This document shows positions 25,294-27,642 of a DNA stretch of 27,642 nt, one piece after another (within the stretch, counting starts at the first letter, position 1; each line of letters starts with the position of its first letter). The position numbers and the translations under genes were made by a program. The stretch is from Gemmatimonadota bacterium (lineage in GTDB: Bacteria; Gemmatimonadota; Gemmatimonadetes; Gemmatimonadales; GWC2-71-9): positions 1 to 27,642 of the forward strand of contig JBDHAB010000037.1 of NCBI GenBank assembly GCA_039588295.1, written 5' to 3'. The notes below the pieces were generated by a model, which was not told where the DNA came from, did not search any database, and was given only the letters and a program-made list of their open reading frames with translations.

Positions 25294-27198
25294 TTATCGG
25301 GCTTCGAGTGCCTCGAGTGCAGAGCGCACCCAGGCCACTTCACTGACATATTCCGGTCCGGCCACCTCCACGAAGCGCTGAAACGCCGAGCGTGCACGAT
25401 CGTGGTCGGCCTGGGCGAGTGAGACGCGACCGAGGTTGAACCACGGGCTCGCGAGCGAGGGTTTGTTGAGGACCGCCCGCTCGAGATAGTCGATCGCGCG
25501 CGTCGTGTCCGAGCGCACCAGGTGGAGCACGCCCAAGTCGGCGAGGCTCTCCGCGTGCGTCGGATCGATCCCGATCGCCGCCTCCCAGAGTGCTCCCGCC
25601 TCCGTGAGCGCTCCGTTCTCTCGGCTCAATTGCCCCAACACGTACAGAATGTCGGGATCGTCCGTTTCGGGGATCGCGCCAGCGGCCTCATTAGAGAGGC
25701 TGTCTCCGGCATATGCTTGCACGATCCGTCTCCTCGTGGCACCCAACGTCTCCACGGCGAACGCGTTTTCCGGCGCGATCTCGAGCGCCCGGCGGAGCGA
25801 TCTGACCGCGGGGCCCAGCTGTCCGGCGCGGAGCAGCGCTTCGCCGAGTTTGTGGTGCGCCTTGGTCGATTGGGGCACGCTCGCGGTCGCCCAACGGAAC
25901 AGCGTGAGGTTGTCGGACCAAGCGCTCGAATACCGGACGGTCTGAGCGGCAAGCGTGACGAGCAGGGCTGCCACCGCCACGAACGCGGCCCGTCGGTACG
26001 ACGTGGCGCCTGCACCGATCGCCAGCGCCGCGACGATACAGCACCCGATACTCGGGAGGTACAGCAATCGTTCGCCGAATACCGTGCCGATCGGGAATAG
26101 CAGGTTTGACCCCGGAAGCAGCGTGATCACGTACCACAGGACGCCCAGCGGGACAATCGACGCCCTGATGCGCCCAACCGTAAGTCCCCAGGCGAAGAAG
26201 CACAGTAGCGCGACCGTGCCGAGGAACCGCCAATCGAGTAGCGACTGGACGAGAGGGATCGCGTTGTACGAATAGTCTGGCGAGAGCCTGAGCGGGGCCG
26301 CGAGGAGCGCGACACCCTGTGCGGCGACGACGAGCGCGGTCGTCAGTCGCTGTCCGACCGGTGCCCCCACCAGCGGGTTGTCGAGGAAATGCGTGTCGGG
26401 TACACCGAGCCCCCCGACGACGGCCATCCGCACCAGGAGATAGGTGAGGAGTGTGAGGAGATAGGCGAGGTACAGGCCGACGAGTCGTCGACTCCAGCGA
26501 GGTGACGCGGGGTCGCCCCGCCGGGCCGCCCAGTCCTGTGCTGCGACGAGCAAGATGCCGACCGTGCCAACTTCTTTCGACAGAAGGGCGCCGCCATAGG
26601 CCAAGACCGGCAGTGCCGTACGCCATCCGGCTCCCGGCGACAGCGCCAGCCGGTGGGAGAGCAGCATGCCCAGGGTGAACGCTGCGACCAGCAGGTCTTT
26701 TCTGCCGAACACGCTGGCAACCACTTCGACGTGCACCGGGTGCACGGCGAAGAGGAGGGCGCCAAGCCCGGCAACCGGTGTGGAGAGCCGCCAGCTCCTC
26801 GCGAGCCGGAACACCAGCACGCATACGAGCCCGTGCAGCAGAGTATTGACGAGGTGGTAGCTCCACGGTGCGAGCCCAGAGACCACGTAGTTGAGCGCGT
26901 AGGTCACCAGCGGCAACGGCCGATAGAGATGGGTCTCTCCGCCACTCCCCATCCACATTGTGGAGGAGAAGATCTCGGGGAGGTGCGAGAACGATCGGAT
27001 ATAGGTATTGGCGACGATCTCTATTTCGTCGTCATATACCCAGCCGAAGCCGACGGTTTGCGCAAAGAGGCCGACGGCGACGATGAGAATGGCGAGCTCC
27101 CACAGGGCTGGTCTCTCGCTCCAGGTCCGCAAGGCACTCAGAGTGTGCTGTGCGGCGCGCCGGGGGGTCGACCCAAGAATGGTGCGTGCCGTGCGCAT
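25294..27198 (-). CDS. TMTC-like GT-C glycosyltransferase (putative protein O-mannosyltransferase) with C-terminal TPRs
   Basis: WVYDD, LYRPL, YHLVNTLLH, LFAVHPVHVEVV, GRKDLL, LSKE, DUF1736-like FLDNPL...LSPDYS, GERLLYLPS, then TPR repeats. Start uncertain (27198 or 27240). Confidence 0.85.
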   Translation of the reverse strand: MRTARTILGSTPRRAAQHTLSALRTWSERPALWELAILIVAVGLFAQTVGFGWVYDDEIEIVANTYIRSFSHLPEIFSSTMWMGSGGETHLYRPLPLVTYALNYVVSGLAPWSYHLVNTLLHGLVCVLVFRLARSWRLSTPVAGLGALLFAVHPVHVEVVASVFGRKDLLVAAFTLGMLLSHRLALSPGAGWRTALPVLAYGGALLSKEVGTVGILLVAAQDWAARRGDPASPRWSRRLVGLYLAYLLTLLTYLLVRMAVVGGLGVPDTHFLDNPLVGAPVGQRLTTALVVAAQGVALLAAPLRLSPDYSYNAIPLVQSLLDWRFLGTVALLCFFAWGLTVGRIRASIVPLGVLWYVITLLPGSNLLFPIGTVFGERLLYLPSIGCCIVAALAIGAGATSYRRAAFVAVAALLVTLAAQTVRYSSAWSDNLTLFRWATASVPQSTKAHHKLGEALLRAGQLGPAVRSLRRALEIAPENAFAVETLGATRRRIVQAYAGDSLSNEAAGAIPETDDPDILYVLGQLSRENGALTEAGALWEAAIGIDPTHAESLADLGVLHLVRSDTTRAIDYLERAVLNKPSLASPWFNLGRVSLAQADHDRARSAFQRFVEVAGPEYVSEVAWVRSALEALEAR

Positions 27199-27320
27199 GG
27201 CAGCCTCTCGAGATCTCCATGGTCCTGGAGTCACCGTCATTCTTGCGACGTCCCCCCTCCCGGGTGCCCCATGCTGCTCCGCTCACGAGCGGGCGGCAGA
27301 CACCCAATCTTACACCTTCC

Positions 27321-27365
27321 TGCCATCTGTCACCTATCACCTCACGACCCAGGTGATAGGTGGCA
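27321..27365. repeat. Heptamer-built palindromic (REP-like) element, copy 2
   Basis: TGCCATC TGTCACC TATCACC T, then loop CACGACCC and AGGTGATAGGTGGCA. The 15-bp stem is 27328-27342/27351-27365. Confidence 0.75.
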
Positions 27366-27446
27366 AAGGATAGCTGCGCAACACATCGCGCCGGTCGGGG
27401 CGGTTTTTCCTATCGTCCGTTCCGGGCGGCATCCCATTATCCCACC

Positions 27447-27642
27447 ATGCTTGCTCGTGTGCGGTCCGCCGCGGTTCTGGGGATCGATGCGTACCTCGTT
27501 GATGTCGAGACCGACATTGCGAACGGATTGCCGTCATTCACCACCGTGGGGCTCCCGCAAGGGGCGGTGAAAGAGGGGAGGGAGCGTGTTGGCGCAGCGG
27601 TCGCCAACTCCGAGTTTCTCTTTCCGCTCAAGCGTATTACGG
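27447..27642 (+). CDS. comM: YifB/ComM Mg-chelatase-like AAA+ ATPase, 5' part (runs off the window)
   Basis: Manual translation gives [65 protein letters not shown]. Confidence 0.92.
   Translation, partial: MLARVRSAAVLGIDAYLVDVETDIANGLPSFTTVGLPQGAVKEGRERVGAAVANSEFLFPLKRIT

Noticed and set aside
27447..27642. Mobile element integrated at comM (a known hotspot)
   Set aside because: The visible 5' part is intact, and no integrase, att-like repeat or compositional shift is seen.

Overview
GC-rich bacterial chromosomal window. The gene content and style suggest Gemmatimonadota or a similar Gram-negative lineage (inference only). No rRNA, tRNA, CRISPR array, transposase or integrase was seen. It contains about 25 coding regions: a frameshifted msrQ, an Ig-stalk monoheme cytochrome c, hpt, a BNR/VPS10-type propeller protein, two DUF1207-like outer-membrane paralogs, an M64 peptidase, a SAM methyltransferase, a REC/Hpt/hybrid-kinase phosphorelay, a translationally coupled otsA-lipoprotein-hypothetical-VOC run, a Dph6-like PP-loop protein, an ABC exporter, thiI, an MFSD1-like MFS transporter, a collagen-tethered multiheme cytochrome c lipoprotein, an NTF2/SnoaL lipoprotein, a TMTC-like glycosyltransferase and the start of comM/yifB. 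The most notable observations are: (i) two exported c-type cytochromes on spacer tethers (Ig stalk, collagen linker) that share an atypical CxxxGCH heme motif; (ii) two DUF1207-like barrels with an H-x-S motif placed as in OMPLA/PagL; (iii) an apparent deletion scar joining a receiver-domain stub to the tail of an outer-membrane protein; (iv) a 4-bp tandem duplication breaking msrQ; and (v) 7-bp-periodic palindromic intergenic elements, two of which share 17 identical bp. All family assignments come from motif recognition, not database searches.
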